Source: Octopus bimaculoides
Lineage: Eukaryota
Direction: 5' to 3'
Length of the DNA stretch: 56,528 nt
Assembly: GCF_001194135.2 (NCBI RefSeq)
Contig: NC_068994.1
Span: forward strand, 14,827,483-14,884,010
Shown here: piece after piece, positions 36,131-50,528 of the stretch
Layout: the number at the start of each line of letters is the position of its first letter
How positions within the stretch are numbered: the first letter of the stretch is position 1
The notes under the pieces: model-generated
What the model was told of the DNA's origin: nothing
What the model saw: only the letters and a program-made list of their open reading frames with translations
Database searches by the model: none
Translations under genes and position numbers: made by a program

Positions 36131-38248
36131 GACCCGACAGCAAAATAATAATAAATCACAAAGCACTAGTTAGCAACCAGACAGCCAGTTTGACACAAAT
36201 CAGATGCAGGCAATCTCTTGCATGGCATTATATATAAAAAAAATAATAATCATATTTAACTGTTTACTGAGCTACAAGTCCTGATATAAAACTCAGACAT
36301 GGAATCAATGGTGAGTGGTTAGGCTTTCAGAAAACATCATTTTACAAAACATTTATCATCATCATCATCATTTAGAATCTGTTTTCCATGATAGCATGGG
36401 TAAGACAGTTTCATTAGAGCTAGTAAGCTGGAGAGCTGCACAGGGCTCCATCGATTGCAAAATATTTTCAAGACAAAATAAAATCTCTAACATGTTCAAA
36501 TTAAGAAAGTCAAGAGGTATAAGNNNNNNNNNNTTTTTTTTTTTTTTTATTTAGTTTCGTGTATCAAATACCTGTGTTCAAATTCCCTTAATATTTTTCA
36601 CTGAGATAATTGCAGTATAAAAGTGGACTAGCTTCCACTAAGAAACACATCTATGGCACAAAGCCAGCAGTTTGGGGGAAGAAATTGATTACATTGAGCC
36701 CCAGTGCTCATTTTATTGACCCTGAAAAGATCAAAGGCAAAGGCAACCTTGATAAAATTTAAAAGATGAATGAAATGCCATTAAGCATTATCGTCCAGCA
36801 TGCTAACGATTCTGCCAGCTCACTGTCTTGAAAAATGTATCATTAATTTATCATACATGTAAAAGGCAAGCTAATTTTATGCTAAAACTTTTTCTATTTT
36901 AGAAGTTACAATTAATGAGTCATGGTACTGGACCCATGATCAAACTTGCTGATTTTTATTCTATTACTGGTGCTACATTGTATCACTGAGCCAGAAAATT
37001 AACTTCTCGAGTTTCCGTCTATCCAATGAAAAATAAACACACTGCTCTCAATGCTAAGTGCTTTGTTAGATTATAGCACTCCGACTGGGGTTAACTAAAA
37101 ATTATTAGCACTCTGTTGCATTTCTAGTGGCTATAATTAATTGGTAGACAGAATTTCTAGCTTTGCTTTTGGAATTAGAGCCACTTTTGTCAAGAATCAT
37201 GTAATTACTATCTCCTTAGTAGTCTCCATATAAGCATATACTTAATATGCTGGTTAAAATTGATGTTAGTAACAAACCAACAAACAATTCAAAGCTTGGA
37301 TGTCACTAACAATTACATGCACATTTTTCTACATGGGTACAGACTGAATGAGCTGACCTATTTGCATTTTGATGGGTTTTTTTTTTTTCTTCCTACTTCT
37401 ATTTCCTCTGAATTCCTGCCTACTCAGGCCAACTTTGTCTGACTTTAATTCTTCAATGGCCTACATAAATCTAATATACTTAAGTGTCATCTTCCATAAA
37501 TTTATATTCACTTAGAAACAGATCCTTTCCACCACCAAATGTCTACATGACCTTACTTCCATCTCTTGTGAATTCTAGTTTCTAAATGAGAGTTCAGTAG
37601 TTTGCCTTGTGAGGCAGGTTTTATAATTGATATACTTTCAGCAGTTAGATGGCAAAAAAAAAAAAAAAAAATTCTGTTTGAGTTTTGTTCAAAGAATATT
37701 GAACTTAGATTTGGATGTCAAAAATCAATAACATTTTATCTTGGTCAATGGAATATGGCACTAATACACAAATGAGACTGAACCAAGAAAAATGAGAAGC
37801 AAAAACAAACTTGTGATTTCAACTCAGAAATATGAACCTTCAGTGTAAATTCAATAAACATCAAGTCTGGTTCACATTGTTTGCATCAAATCCTGTCAAC
37901 AAACCGTAAAGTACCTAGAACATATTGAAATAATAGATATTCAGAAACAGATGATATCTGGTGTGCTGAAGCTATGGATCAATAACTAAATATACACCGC
38001 AGGATTTAACTGGCTAATTTTATTCACTACAAGAAGCAAATGATCAGAGTTGACTATCAGAGACGAAGTTGAATCACTAGTCACTGTTTTCACTGAATCC
38101 ACCTTTAGCAGACAATGGTTTTATTTTGTTTTACGCATTTTTTTTTCTTTTTTTTTTTTCTCTTTAATCATACACAGTCACCTGAAGATAATTAAGTTAC
38201 AGATTCTAGTGTAACTAACAGACTACACAAAAGATCTATGTCACGTAC

Positions 38249-38344
38249 CGAAAAGAGCGAGAAAGTAGAGTTGCCTAAATTTGACAAGTAATTGTTGAAT
38301 AAACACTTGCATATCATTCAAAATAACTCCCTGCTGCTGCCTTT
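38249..38344 (-). CDS. Candidate exon (96 nt, phase 1-1)
   Basis: Acceptor ggtttttgccaatag, donor cg|gtacgt; RQQQGVILNDMQVFIQQLLVKFRQLYFLALF. Confidence 0.3.
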
Positions 38345-39014
38345 CTATTGGCAAAAACCAGTAACTCCAGAAAACGTGCAGCCACAATCAATATTCTTTT
38401 CATCTCCTATTAAGAATTCCTTTAGCATTGAAATAAAAGCAGTTTCAATTGAATCAATAGTTATCAAACACAACAATCAAATAACCAGCACATTAGCAAC
38501 CTGCCCTATTTTTCCTTTTTTTTTTTTTTAAACACTATGAATGGGTCCTACAAATTAGGATATTTGCATGTTTTTAAAGCTCATACCCTATTACTGTACA
38601 TTATTACCTTTGGTAAAAATCTAACTGATACCTACTTACTGGTGAGACACTGCAGCAAACAGCACAATGTCTTGCACAAAGATACAATTGAATGACTACA
38701 ATAGGATTTGAACCCAATACTTTCCAATTTAGGACCAATTTATGCTTGCAAAATGGAAATTGTGTGTTATAACAATATTTAGAAAACAGGGAGTTCAAAA
38801 TCTTATTTGAAAATCGGCTGTAATGTTTATGGAGGTGATGAATAAAGAAACAATTAGGAAGCCACCAAAAGAAACAAGAAGAGGGGCGGATACAGGTAAC
38901 TTACTACAGCTTTTGGATGTTGTGGCAAATAGGTAAGTGTCAATTAGCAAGCTAAATTGTATTAATACAGCTTCCCAAAACTAATGTGTGAGCTCCCATT
39001 GTTAATTATGACAA

Positions 39015-39245
39015 AGCAATGTTGTACATGGGGGAAATTATGGGATGGGTGAGTTTCAAGCTTACAGAACCAGTTCGTTAAAGTGGTTGAGAGAATTATA
39101 CAGTAAAGCTAGTTTGACATGCTATTAGCTGTGACAGCATGTAATTTGGTTTTGCATATGGGTGTGGAACAACAGCCAATGGCTTATATTCCAAATGAGA
39201 CAACTATAGAAGAAATATCTGGCAAAGAATAAATAGCTGCGCTTG
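39015..39245 (+). mobile_element. RTE LINE RT fragment
   Basis: GNY..KLTE..KVVERI, FGF..G.GTT, IFQMRQL*KKYLAKNK (RTE RT domains 1-2). Confidence 0.7.
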
Positions 39246-39742
39246 CTTTCTGCCAAACATTTTCAACAATATTTCCATTGCATTGTTTCATATACTAAAC
39301 ATTTGCTAAAAATAGATGATTGGCTTCAATTAATTAGTGAATACATAAACCAAATCTAATTTGGATTTAAATTAACAGTATTCTTAATCAGAAACACAAG
39401 ATTAAAATTGAAGAGAAATCTAACAGAAATTCTCATTTGTTTTTCCTTTGATATTATTAATTTTAAGTCTGTATGCATATGTCAATACTATACAGATGAC
39501 ATAGGACTACAATACATATAACCATACATATCTCTCACACAAACACAGCTAACAGTTATTCTTTATTAATAACAGTTACTTTCTATATTAAATAAGAATC
39601 TGAAGATGAAAAATGGAAGTAGCATAAACAAAACACAATTGTTACACATTAAATTAAAATTTGGTCACAGAAATAAGATAGTAACTTTGCTTAGTTTATG
39701 AAAAAGATATTCTGAAATCTGATGTAATATTTTGTAAACCTA

Positions 39743-40122
39743 TACTCTTTTACTCTCTTTTACTTGTTTCAGTCATTTGACTGCGGCCATGCTGGAGCAC
39801 CGCCTTTAGTCGAGCAAATCGACCCCGGGACTTATTCTTTGGAAGCCTAGTACTTATTCTATCGGTCTCTTTTGCCGAACCGCTAAGTGATGGGGACATA
39901 AACAAACCAGCATCAGTTGTCAAGCGATGTTGGGGGGACAAACACAGACACACACATATATATATACATATATACAACGGGCTTCTTTCAGTTTCCGTCT
40001 ACCAGATCCACTCACAAGGCTTTGGTTGGCCTGAAGCTATAGTAGAAGACACTTGCCCAAGATGCCACGCAGTGGGACTGAACCCAGAACTATGTGGTTG
40101 GTAAGCAAGCTACTTACCACAC
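39743..40122 (-). mobile_element. SINE-A, full length, young
   Basis: Near-identical to the 45864 copy. Confidence 0.92.
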
Positions 40123-40674
40123 AAGTCACAAGAAAAGTGGGGTCTAAACACGCCTTGGAGGGTGATTTCAGTAAGAAGCACAAATATTTATTTACCCTGA
40201 AGATAAATCTCATGAGTAAGAACCGGCATTAACTAGAGCAAAATATAACAAAAGTAAGAGGGTCTATCAACAGGAACAAGAACTCTTCATAAAGCTAGTC
40301 TTATACAAAAGCCAAAAGAGAATTACAATAACTGTAATACACACACACACTGCAATTAAAAAAAAACCTGTTGAAAACAGAAATTAACCTTTTTTTTCTT
40401 TGCAAGTAAAAAGAACTTGGCACAACATTTTTCTGGCAATTTCACCACACCTCACAAAACTGGGAATACTCAAATCAGTTTTAAAAGATTTCAAGCCAGC
40501 AAAATTTAAAATTCTACTGGCTTTACATCAGCACTAATTCTAGGAACATCTTTTTCAAGTTAGTCATAGTCTTAACTTTTTCACAAATACTTGATCAATA
40601 GCTAATTCTTTCACTTTGGTCCACACTAAATTGCCCATCTCCCTGGTTCATTGGTATGTGAGGTACAAGCATTA

Positions 40675-40898
40675 TTAACCCTTTAGCATTTAAATTGACC
40701 ATAGCCAGCTCAAATATCCTGCCTATTATATGTTCAAACCAGCCAGATCTGGCACACACAACCTATAGTGTCATTCTAAAAATAAACAATCAGATCATTG
40801 AAATCGTGAGGCTATGGAGATAATGCATGATTAATTCTACACAATGTAAATAAATAAGCTTTACATTTGACAGAGTAATCTGAATGCTTAAGGGTTAA
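40675..40898 (+). mobile_element. piggyBac-type MITE
   Basis: TTAA-ccctttagcatt...aatgcttaaggg-TTAA. Confidence 0.9.
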
Positions 40899-41026
40899 AC
40901 ATCAGTGGCTAAAAGTATTAAATAGTTTTAGCAACCAATGCTCTGTTAAGTTCCTTTTTTTTATTTTTAACATCTAAACAGCACAAATTCTAAATTAAGT
41001 CACTCCATACTCTGCACTATAACCAC

Positions 41027-41232
41027 TTAATCCTTTTGCATTTAAACCAGCCCAAATATTCTACCTAGTTTATGTTTAAACTAGCAAGATCCAGCCTCTC
41101 ACACTTACCCAACAATGACATTCTAAAAATCACATCATTGAAATCTTGAAGCTATGAGATAATGCATGATTAACTAAATGCGAATGAATAAGCTTTACAT
41201 TTGACAGAGTAATCTGAATGCTAAAGGATTAA
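41027..41232 (+). mobile_element. piggyBac-type MITE
   Basis: TTAA-tccttttgcatt...aatgctaaagga-TTAA. Confidence 0.85.
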
Positions 41233-41879
41233 ACTGGTACCACTTTCTCTCACAGAAATAACCTCTCCTTATTTCTACAGTAATGTTTTCATGCAGGCTT
41301 TATTTTCAGCATAATGAACTTTTTAATGAAAATTATAAATACATTACAATATTGATTGTCATAAAAAGCAAATTTTTTTTTCTTTCCCAACAATTCCACT
41401 TGTGTAATCGCAAACGTAATAACCATAATGAAAAATTCAATTTAGTAAATTTTTGAGAGAACATGAGTAGCAGACTAGGACTAATTTGTTTTGGTATACA
41501 GAGGCAAGCCCATTTTCTTCAAAGGTTACAACATGGTCTTTATGGTGATTTCAGTCTGTGTGATAGAGTGTCTTATTTACTTTCAGTTTAACAGTGTTAA
41601 AACAATAGTATGAACATGACTTTAACCTTTTGTGCTCACACACAAAATCTATGTACATGGTGATCTCAACAGACAAAGATCATTCTTTGACCAAATATTA
41701 GACTTGGATATGAAAAGAATCCAACAATATCTGTGTAAGTCACACCAACAGGAATTTGATTAGATCAAGGCATGCCAAATATAGAGAGGGAGAAAGATCA
41801 TAGGAATAAGATACAACAAGGATTATCATCCACCAATGAATGCCATCATCAGTATAAATAAGTGTCAATTATAGCCAAG

Positions 41880-43050
41880 AAATCAATGCTAAGTGAAGGT
41901 CTAAACTTCACAATTGAGAAGGTAGTTTTGAAAATGCCTAAGATACAGGTTAAAGAAATTGAGATGGAAAGTGAGACTAGCACTAGAGAAGGCCAAGCCT
42001 CCAAAACCTAAGTTAACAAGAGAGGAGAAATAGCTATCAAAAAACTCTAGGGTGCTATCAGCAGTATTATCATGCTACCAGCAGTTAAAAGCTATGAATA
42101 CGTGGTGATAGGCAGGATGGAATACTCTTAAAATTTGGCAAGCTTGGTTGAAGACAGTAGCCATTGTAACGAAATAAAGAATGATCTTTATAACTGATAA
42201 CTGAAAGAGAGCCATCACGTTCAGAAACAACAAGAATTATGTCACATTGAATGAATATAGACAAGGGAATGAATGTTACAATAGGATAACACACACGTAG
42301 TCTCCCCAAAATTCACAAAGACAATATTGCAGTCAGTTTATTTGTCATCTGCCAAGCAGATTCCTTGGAGATATAATCGATCCTCCAAATGGCTAAGTTG
42401 CAGTCCTATGTAAAGAATTCTGCCTGTATCCGGCCAAAATATGCGACCTCTCCAGACCAGCCAGATCTGGCCTCTCACACCTACCCTACAATGCCATTTA
42501 AAAAATAAGCAATCACATCGTTGAAATCTCAACGCTATGAGATAGTGCATGGGTCAATTCAAATCAACGCAAACAAACAAGCATTACATTTGACAAAGTA
42601 ATCTGAATGCTGATCCCATTTACTCCAACAGGATGATAAGCTTATAGATGAGGTTCTATCAGAGGTTAGAGTGAAACTGAAGTTGGAGAAAGTACCAGTG
42701 TCCTAGTAGATAACATGATGGGGAAATTGACATCCTGTGCACAAAAAAACCTACTTCCAATTGGGGTATAACCTACAACAGTAATAAGGCTTAGCCATGA
42801 GCTCACAATTGTCTTTTTCAGTGATGGTTAACAAACACATGGAATGCCTTTGAGGAAATGGTTTTAGGAACATCAACACTTGAACAAACTATGTGGCTGA
42901 GATAAGTAGATGACACCATCATACACTAGTCTCATCAGGAAGAAGCACAGTTATGGCGGGATGATGTGAACTCAATAGGTTGTTTGATACTGTTTATAGT
43001 AGAAAAGGAAAAGAATAATAAACCAGTTTTCCTGGACATGTGAATAGCTT
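41880..43050 (+). mobile_element. Penelope-like RT fragment, interrupted by a MITE at ~42425-42612
   Basis: LSEGLNFT, KPPKPKLTREEK, IIMLPAVK...EY, LPKIHKDNI, TYFQ, GLAMSS, WLR*VDDT, VNSI, FLD: PLE RT motifs in the expected order with stops and frameshifts. Confidence 0.85.
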
Positions 43051-43350
43051 GCTCAAAATGAGATGAAGGAGATCATCCACGATTTACATAAAAAAAAAAA
43101 AGGTGGGGAGTTTGAAGTTCCTAATTGTCCTATGAAACAATGGACTAGTGAATACAAGTATGAAGTATTAAAATATAATGGTGTAGTTAGTAGCTTGTGG
43201 GTTAACCTCTGGGGTCAGTCAAGCTAATATGCACTCTGGCTGAAATGCAACAAAGTAGTGGTATGCTATGTGATAGAATAATTAATAAGGAGAATATGCC
43301 AGGTATGGACAAGGAAATTAGAATAAACTATCCTCATATTTAATATAATG

Positions 43351-43557
43351 ATTTCAAATTTTGGAACAAGGCCAGCAATTTGGGGTATGAGGTAGGTAAC
43401 TCAATTACACCTGACTCCCTGTGCTCAACTGGTATCAACCCCGAAACAATGAAAACCAAAGTTGACCTCAACAGAATTTGAACTCAGAATATTAAGACAG
43501 ACGAAATACTGCTAAGTATTTTGCACAGCGAGCTAATGATTCTGCCAGCTCACCGCT
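43351..43557 (-). mobile_element. SINE-C
   Basis: gtgctcaactggta...aaccccgaaacaatgaaaaccaaagttgacc...gaatttgaactcag. Confidence 0.75.
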
Positions 43558-44370
43558 TTATTCTCATATTTAATAATGAATCCAGTTCTCAAATTCGAGA
43601 ACATTACTAAATACAACAAGGCACATGAAGAAGGCAGTGGGTAGAGTACAATGGCCAAAACAATGTTGTCTATTACAACGAAGACAAGAGTGCTTGTGTG
43701 AATATATCTTTGTATAATAATGAATATTCCTTATCTCAGAAATTCAGGCAAAATAACAAACTATTACTGAAAGGTTGTATACAACCACAACATAACAATT
43801 AAACAACAATGTTAACAAAGGATCGACTATCTCATTACTACTTCAGCAAATACGATGAAGTCAATGTTTTCCTGTTCTATTTTTAAAGCAATAGGGTGTG
43901 TTTTGATGGTGATCTAACTTCTGTTTCTAAAAGCTGAGAGGCCTCATGTAGCAGCTTCCTCATTGTTAATTCGGTCATATCCTACTGTACCCAACACCAT
44001 TTGCAAAAGTAATTAAACGAGCAAAACTATTTAATGCAGACATAATGATGAAACTAAATCAGCTCAAAATTACTACAAAATAAACAAAAACTAAGGAATC
44101 TAAATTGTTTTGTTGCCAAGACTACAAATAAATAGAATTTTTATGCAAACAAAAATACAAAATTAGTTCGCATTTTACAAGGATAGTTTTCTTTATTATT
44201 TCACAACCATTTCCTTAGTAGACATATGGTGTCAGTAATAAACCAGCATGTTGGCAACCAGCATACAATATAAAACTGGTACTTGTTTTATGTCAACTTT
44301 GACTTCCATCCNNNNNNNNNNTCAATGAAATTAAGTGCAGTAGGGTCGGTGTAATTGACTAGCCCACTTG

Positions 44371-44746
44371 TCTTTTACTTTGTTTCAGTCATTAGACTGT
44401 GGCCACGCTGGGGCACCCACCTTGAAGAATTTTTAGTTGAATGTATTGATCCCAATACTTATTTTTCAAAACCTGGTACTCATTCTCTCAGTCTCTTTTG
44501 CCAAACCGTCAAGCTACAGGGATGTAAACATACTAGCACCGGTTGTGAAGCAGTGGTGGGAGGGAGACAAATATAGATACAAAGACACACACATATATAT
44601 ATATATAAGACAGGCTTCTTTCAGTTTCTGTCTCCCAAATTTACTCACAAGCCTTTTGGTAGGCCTGAGACTATAGTAGAAGACACTTGCTCAAGGTGTC
44701 ACACAGTGGGAAGCAAGCTTCTTACCACACAACCACACCTGTGCCT
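44371..44746 (-). mobile_element. SINE-A, older copy
   Basis: Both modules present; short deletion in the head. Confidence 0.85.
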
Positions 44747-45863
44747 ATAAAATTCTCCCTCAAAATTTCAAATCTAGTGCCTATAGTAAAAAGGATTACA
44801 CTAATTCCTGCCTTCCTCAGAAATTACCATACAAATTTACCAAAGGGACACCAATCTATGAAGATATCTAAAAAGAGACATGTTGAATGGGATAAGAAGA
44901 AATATGAATAAATCACATTACAAAATTAACTTTTTTTTTAACCTTTAGAAAACATACAAAAAGATATGTTTGTAAAAAGACTTCCTTCACATGTTTTGCA
45001 AACAAGGCACTTTAGTTGGAAGAAGGCATTGGAGGCACAAAAGATTTACAGCCACTGTGACCTAGTGGGATTTGAACTTATAACTTAGAGCTGTAACTAA
45101 ACTTCTAGAAAGCAATTTATTTAAATGCTTTACCATTTCTGCTCCACTTTACTGTGCAAATAATGATAATTTCTCGCAGTGGAAAAGCTCACAAGATGAA
45201 ACCAAAGTTGAATTCAATATGATTTGAACCCAGAACAAAGGATAAAGCTAAAATGCTAAGAGACTGAATACGAATCTGCTGCTCTATCCAATTCAGTTAT
45301 TCTTACAACCTTCATTCAATGATACTAAAACAGTACATGTGTACATGTCAGTCGTTTGTGTTCTAACCTCCCTCTTCGCCTCTTGCCTAGTCTCCATATC
45401 TCAAGTCTGATAAGCCTAAAATATACAACACTGTCTATTGCCTTCACTTGTTCAAGAAGTAAGGAAATAGGAAGTGAAAATGTGCATGCGTTTGTGTGTG
45501 TGTGTGTGTGTGTGTGCATGCGTGCGTGAATGCAAGCATGCATGTGTATGTAATTAGCCTATTCAGGAGACAACTAAAGAAAAAGAAAAAATCTTTTATA
45601 TTGAACATAATAAATAAAATCAAGTGAAAAACTGTGAGTCTCTAAATGGTTGTTATTGCTTTTATACAAGTCACAATCCACTAATTTTAAGAAAAGTTAA
45701 CAAAGGAGCATGCCAAGTGAGCCTCTGTGTAAGTCACTTGACCCAAATCTCCCTAAAACTACACTGAACAGCCTTGAAAACAAGGATGCAATGGATAACA
45801 CAGCCTAAGGTACATTATGTCCCATGGGTAGAGAGAAAAAAAATTGAGGTTGTGGCTAAACAA

Positions 45864-46253
45864 TACTCTCTTTACTCTTTTATTTGTTTCAGTCAATTGA
45901 CTGCGGCCATGCTGGAGCACCGCCTTTAGTCGAGCAAATCGACCCCGGGACTTATTCTTTGGAAGCCTAGTACTTATTCTATTGGTCTCTTTTGCCGAAC
46001 CGCTAAGTGACGGGGACATAAATACACCAGCATTGGTTGTCAAGCAATGCTAGGGGGACAAACACAGACACACAAACATATACATATATACGACGGGCTT
46101 CTTTCAGTTTCCGTCTACCAAATCCACTTCAAGGCTTTGGTCGACCCGAGGCTATAGTAGAAGACACTTGCCCAAGGTGTCACGCAGTGGGACTGAACCC
46201 AGAACCATGTGGTTGGTAGGCAAGCTACTTACCACACAGCCACTCCTGCGCCT
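45864..46253 (-). mobile_element. SINE-A, full length, young
   Basis: Complete from the ggcgcaggagtggctgtgtgg head to the (aagagta)n tail. Confidence 0.92.
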
Positions 46254-46578
46254 ATAATTGACAAAAATAGTACTTTCCAAGTAATTTACAATAGTCAAGT
46301 CTATTGTCTTGTAACCCGTCATATAGGAACAAGATTGCTGTTGTTTGGCTTCCAAGGGAATCCTTAAAGAATGGGCCTCGGATCAAATTCAAGTCATGAT
46401 CATCTTTGGCTTTTTTACTGAGATGTGCAATGGGTACAGGTTTAGCTGCGTGGTTAAGAAGTTTGCCTTGAAGCCAAGTGGTCTCAGGTTGTTTGACTAC
46501 ACAGTATGTTTGACAAGTGACTTCTATTAGAGCCTCAAGATAACAAATGCCTTGTGGATGGAGATATCTATTTATCTT

Positions 46579-46618
<40 letters not shown>

Positions 46619-46619
46619 A

Positions 46620-46985
46620 TGTTTTACTTTTTTTACCGGCCTCAGTCATCACACTGTGGCCATGCTTCGGCATTGCATTGACTCCGGTATTTATTTATTT
46701 TTAAAGCCTTGTATTTATTCTATTGGTCTCTTTGCTGAATTACTAAGTTACAGGGATTAAACATTAGTTGTTAAGCAGTGTGGGGGGAGAAACAAACACA
46801 GACACAAACACACACACACGTGTGTATGTATATAAAGGCAAATATCTGTTTTACCCCCACTCATACCTTGTATTCAATTGCAATACTGCCCTGCAATAGT
46901 AAGCACTTGGATATGAATATGTGGGTATACATCCAGTAGTATACTGGATATTTATTATCCCTTAGTTGCTTAACCTCTAACTCAG

Positions 46986-47058
<73 letters not shown>

Positions 47059-47445
47059 NNNNNNNNNNNNNNNNNNNNNNNNNNNNNNNNNNNNNNNNNN
47101 NNNNNNNNNNNNNNNNNNNNNNNNNNNNNNNNNNNNNNNNNNNNNNNNNNNNNNNNNNNNNNNNNNNNNNNNNNNNNNNNNNNNNNNNNNNNNNNNNNNN
47201 NNNNNNNNNNNNNNNNNNNNNNNNNNNNNNNNNNNNNNNNNNNNNNNNNNNNNNNNNNNNNNNNNATATATATACACACACACACACACACTGAGCTTCT
47301 TTCAGTTTCTGTCTACCAAATCACAAGGCTTGGTTAGTCCAAAGCTGTAGAAGACACTTGTTCTAGGTGTCATGAAGTAGGAGTGAACCTGGAAACATGT
47401 TGGGAGGTAAACTTCTTACCACACAGCCAAGCCTACACCTATTAC
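46620..47445 (-). mobile_element. SINE-A halves (3' half ~46620-46810, 5' half ~47293-47445) separated by unique sequence, TA repeat and gap
   Basis: Module matches on both sides. Confidence 0.65.
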
Positions 47446-47989
47446 ATATATATATATATATGAACACACATACATATAAATGTGTGTGCGGGGAGTTGTT
47501 AGTTCTTTGCTTGACTGAAAAGCAGTGTCATCATGCCTATATTCCCAGTGAATATTAACTTCATGAGTCTGTAGTTTAGTAGAATAATAATTAAAAAAAA
47601 AAAAAAAGGGCTGGTATCAAACATGAAGAGCATCTAGTCATAAAATACTACTTCAAATAAATATCCCTCCAACCTATGCAATCAAAGAAACACAGATGTA
47701 AAATGAACGCATATGTTATCTGCTACTTTTTTGTCTTTTTAAATATACAGGTGTGATCAGGGAGGAGACTGATATTTCTAACAGGTCGAGCAACTACTTA
47801 GAGATTCCCAAGTAAAACATTGTCGTTAATACCATTACTATGGGCAGGAAGAAATAGCCAAGACAGAAGTAGTACTAAATGCGAGATTCAAATGCTTTTA
47901 CAATATTTAAAGTTCCTATCTTGAAGTATTTGGCTTCATAATTTCTCACTCCTGAAGTAAAAAAATAACACTATGGTTCAATTTTGCCT

Positions 47990-48212
47990 TTAACTGTTTA
48001 GCATTTAAACTGGCCATATCTGGCCAAAACAATCTCCCTATTTTATTCTTCAAAATGGCCAGATCTTACACCTACCCTACAATGTCTTTCTAAAAGGAAA
48101 CAAATCACATCACTGAAATCTCAAAGCTACATGGTAGTGTATGACTAATTCAAACCAATACGGGTCAATAAGTATCATATTTGACAGAGAAAGCTGAATG
48201 CTAAAGGGTTAA
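47990..48212 (+). mobile_element. piggyBac-type MITE
   Basis: TTAA-ctgtttagcatt...aatgctaaaggg-TTAA. Confidence 0.85.
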
Positions 48213-48270
48213 TCCCTCTACTGGCATTCATAAAATACACAGTACCAGCTCTTTTCACTCTAGTTGGAAT

Positions 48271-48302
<32 letters not shown>

Positions 48303-49593
48303 AAATTATGTACATACACACATAAAATTGGCCTCATACCCAGCCAGTCAATAGAAAATATTTTTATAGCAATCATATGGTAGTACATCAAGTGCATAGT
48401 CCAATCTTCATTCTTACATGGAATGTTTAGGCTTCATTAAATAAATATCTATTCTTTTGAACCAAAGTATAAACATGCATATATATACATTTAATGTGTC
48501 AACAATCGCAAGACTGGCAGTGAGCAAATATTAAATTTACAGACTTGGTAAACATTCAAAACATGATTCACTGAAAGGGAGCTTCTCTATGTGGTTACCT
48601 GACCTGCTAAAATTAGCAGCCAAATTTCCTATAAATCACATCTTGTCTTAAAAAAAAAAAAGACAGATACATTGGACAATATAGTCTGACAAAAATACAA
48701 GATAGTTAATGTCTGGAACGCCTTTGATCATTAAACTGCTTAACTGGTACTGACCTTTAGTTAAAGAAGTGTGAATAAAGAGAAAGAATGGAAGAGTGAG
48801 ACAAAATGAATACAATTAGAATATTGGTTCGTTAGTTCTGTCTGTCACAAGAGTGATGTAAAAGGAGGGTAAAACTAATTTCCACTCTGAATAGGATGCT
48901 AATTTTGCTGCAATTTGTTTGTAGTTATCTAATTGTTGTTAAGCCTATTCCAGCCTTGCTTAAACTGATAAATGAGGGAAGACTTACCAATTAGGAAAAC
49001 TCCCATGTCTTTCCATTTTATGAGTGTAATTTGAAGACGATTAGGCTGCTATTTCTAGCAGGTCAAGCAATGACAGAGATTCCTTTTGTGGGCTCACTAG
49101 GTTACCCTCTACCAAATCCGCTAACAAAGGCTTTGATCAAAAAAAATAGAAGACATTTGCCATAGGTGCTGCACAATGAGACTGAAACCAAGACCGCATG
49201 GTTGGGAAGCAAACTTCTTAGAATAAACTATACATCTAGAATCTAGTGCCAATAAAACAACTTAATCCATGTCACTAAGTTTATAACCGGAAGTACTATT
49301 ATAAACATGTAGTACAATTGTGCACATGTTTTGTATAATACACAATTTTATGCACAGGTAATTTGAACCTGTCTGAAAAAAAAAATGTTGAGAAGAACTG
49401 CATGAGACAGAGAAAAACTAACTGTTCTTCCCAATCAATAACTGGATAAGATCTGCATGCCATATCTATTCAACATAACTTCAGAAGGTCAATGCCCAGT
49501 TGGATATTGAACGAGTGCATGCATAATGTGGCTTCATTGCTCTTTTCCATCTTGAACAAAGCGAAGCTGACAGCATTGTTTTTGTGTACTCAC

Positions 49594-49677
49594 AGACCAG
49601 GGATTCCTGGAGATTCGTTAGCTCCTGAGTTGAAAGTTGTCTGGGATAGACAGACCAGTCAATACTTAGAATCTTGC
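49594..49677 (-). CDS. Candidate exon (84 nt, phase 1-1)
   Basis: Acceptor atcattttag, donor t|gtgagt; only one open frame, KILSIDWSVYPRQLSTQELTNLQESLV. Confidence 0.35.
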
Positions 49678-50528
49678 CTAAAATGATACCACTTTTCTCC
49701 ACCCCACCATTTGATCTCTAAAGAATCCTACATGGATGTTTCACCAGCCACATTGCTTGACTGATGGTGGTGGTGGTGGTTGGCTATCCTGACAACACTT
49801 CAATGAGTCATATAAGTACTAAGGACTAAGTCATCTCAGTTATAACTGACAAAGATAAGAAAGAGAAAAAGGAGGGGAGAGAGAAATAAACTTCAATATT
49901 TTATATTTGACAGATGTAATGAATTGATAACAGGTCTTCTGCCAATCATGTGAACTAAATTACTATTTTAAAGAGATTAACTACTATTAATCTGTTTCAG
50001 CTTGCATGTCAAGATTAAATCTCTCTTTACTCAGATTATGCATAGCTTTTGAGGTGAAGTCTCAGTTAAATGAACTTAGTAAAACACAAATGGAAAACTA
50101 CTTCACTAATGATGAAAATAATAATTATTCCTAAAGAAAGCAAGAAGTCAGACATTTCAGAAATCTATAGTTTGGTTTAAATCAGCCACCATTCTTTAAC
50201 CAGTACCTGTTTACTCCCAGAAAAATAGAAGATGAAATTAACCCAGACAAAAACTGAACTGAAGACAAAACAGAATGTAAATGCAATGTTACTGCATGGC
50301 TTTAAAATAAGCGCCAGGTTACAAATTCAAGGATAGGGAAGACATGTTGGTTAAATGGATACCTGATTCGCAAGAGGTGACTGGTGGAAGTGCACCTGTC
50401 CACAATGTGGATTCAAACTTCAAGCATAAAGGAATGTAACCAAACACCAGCTGAACAAGAACGACAGTTTATCACATAAGAAGACCTGAGAAAGACCAAC
50501 CACATACCACATACAGAAACATATTATT

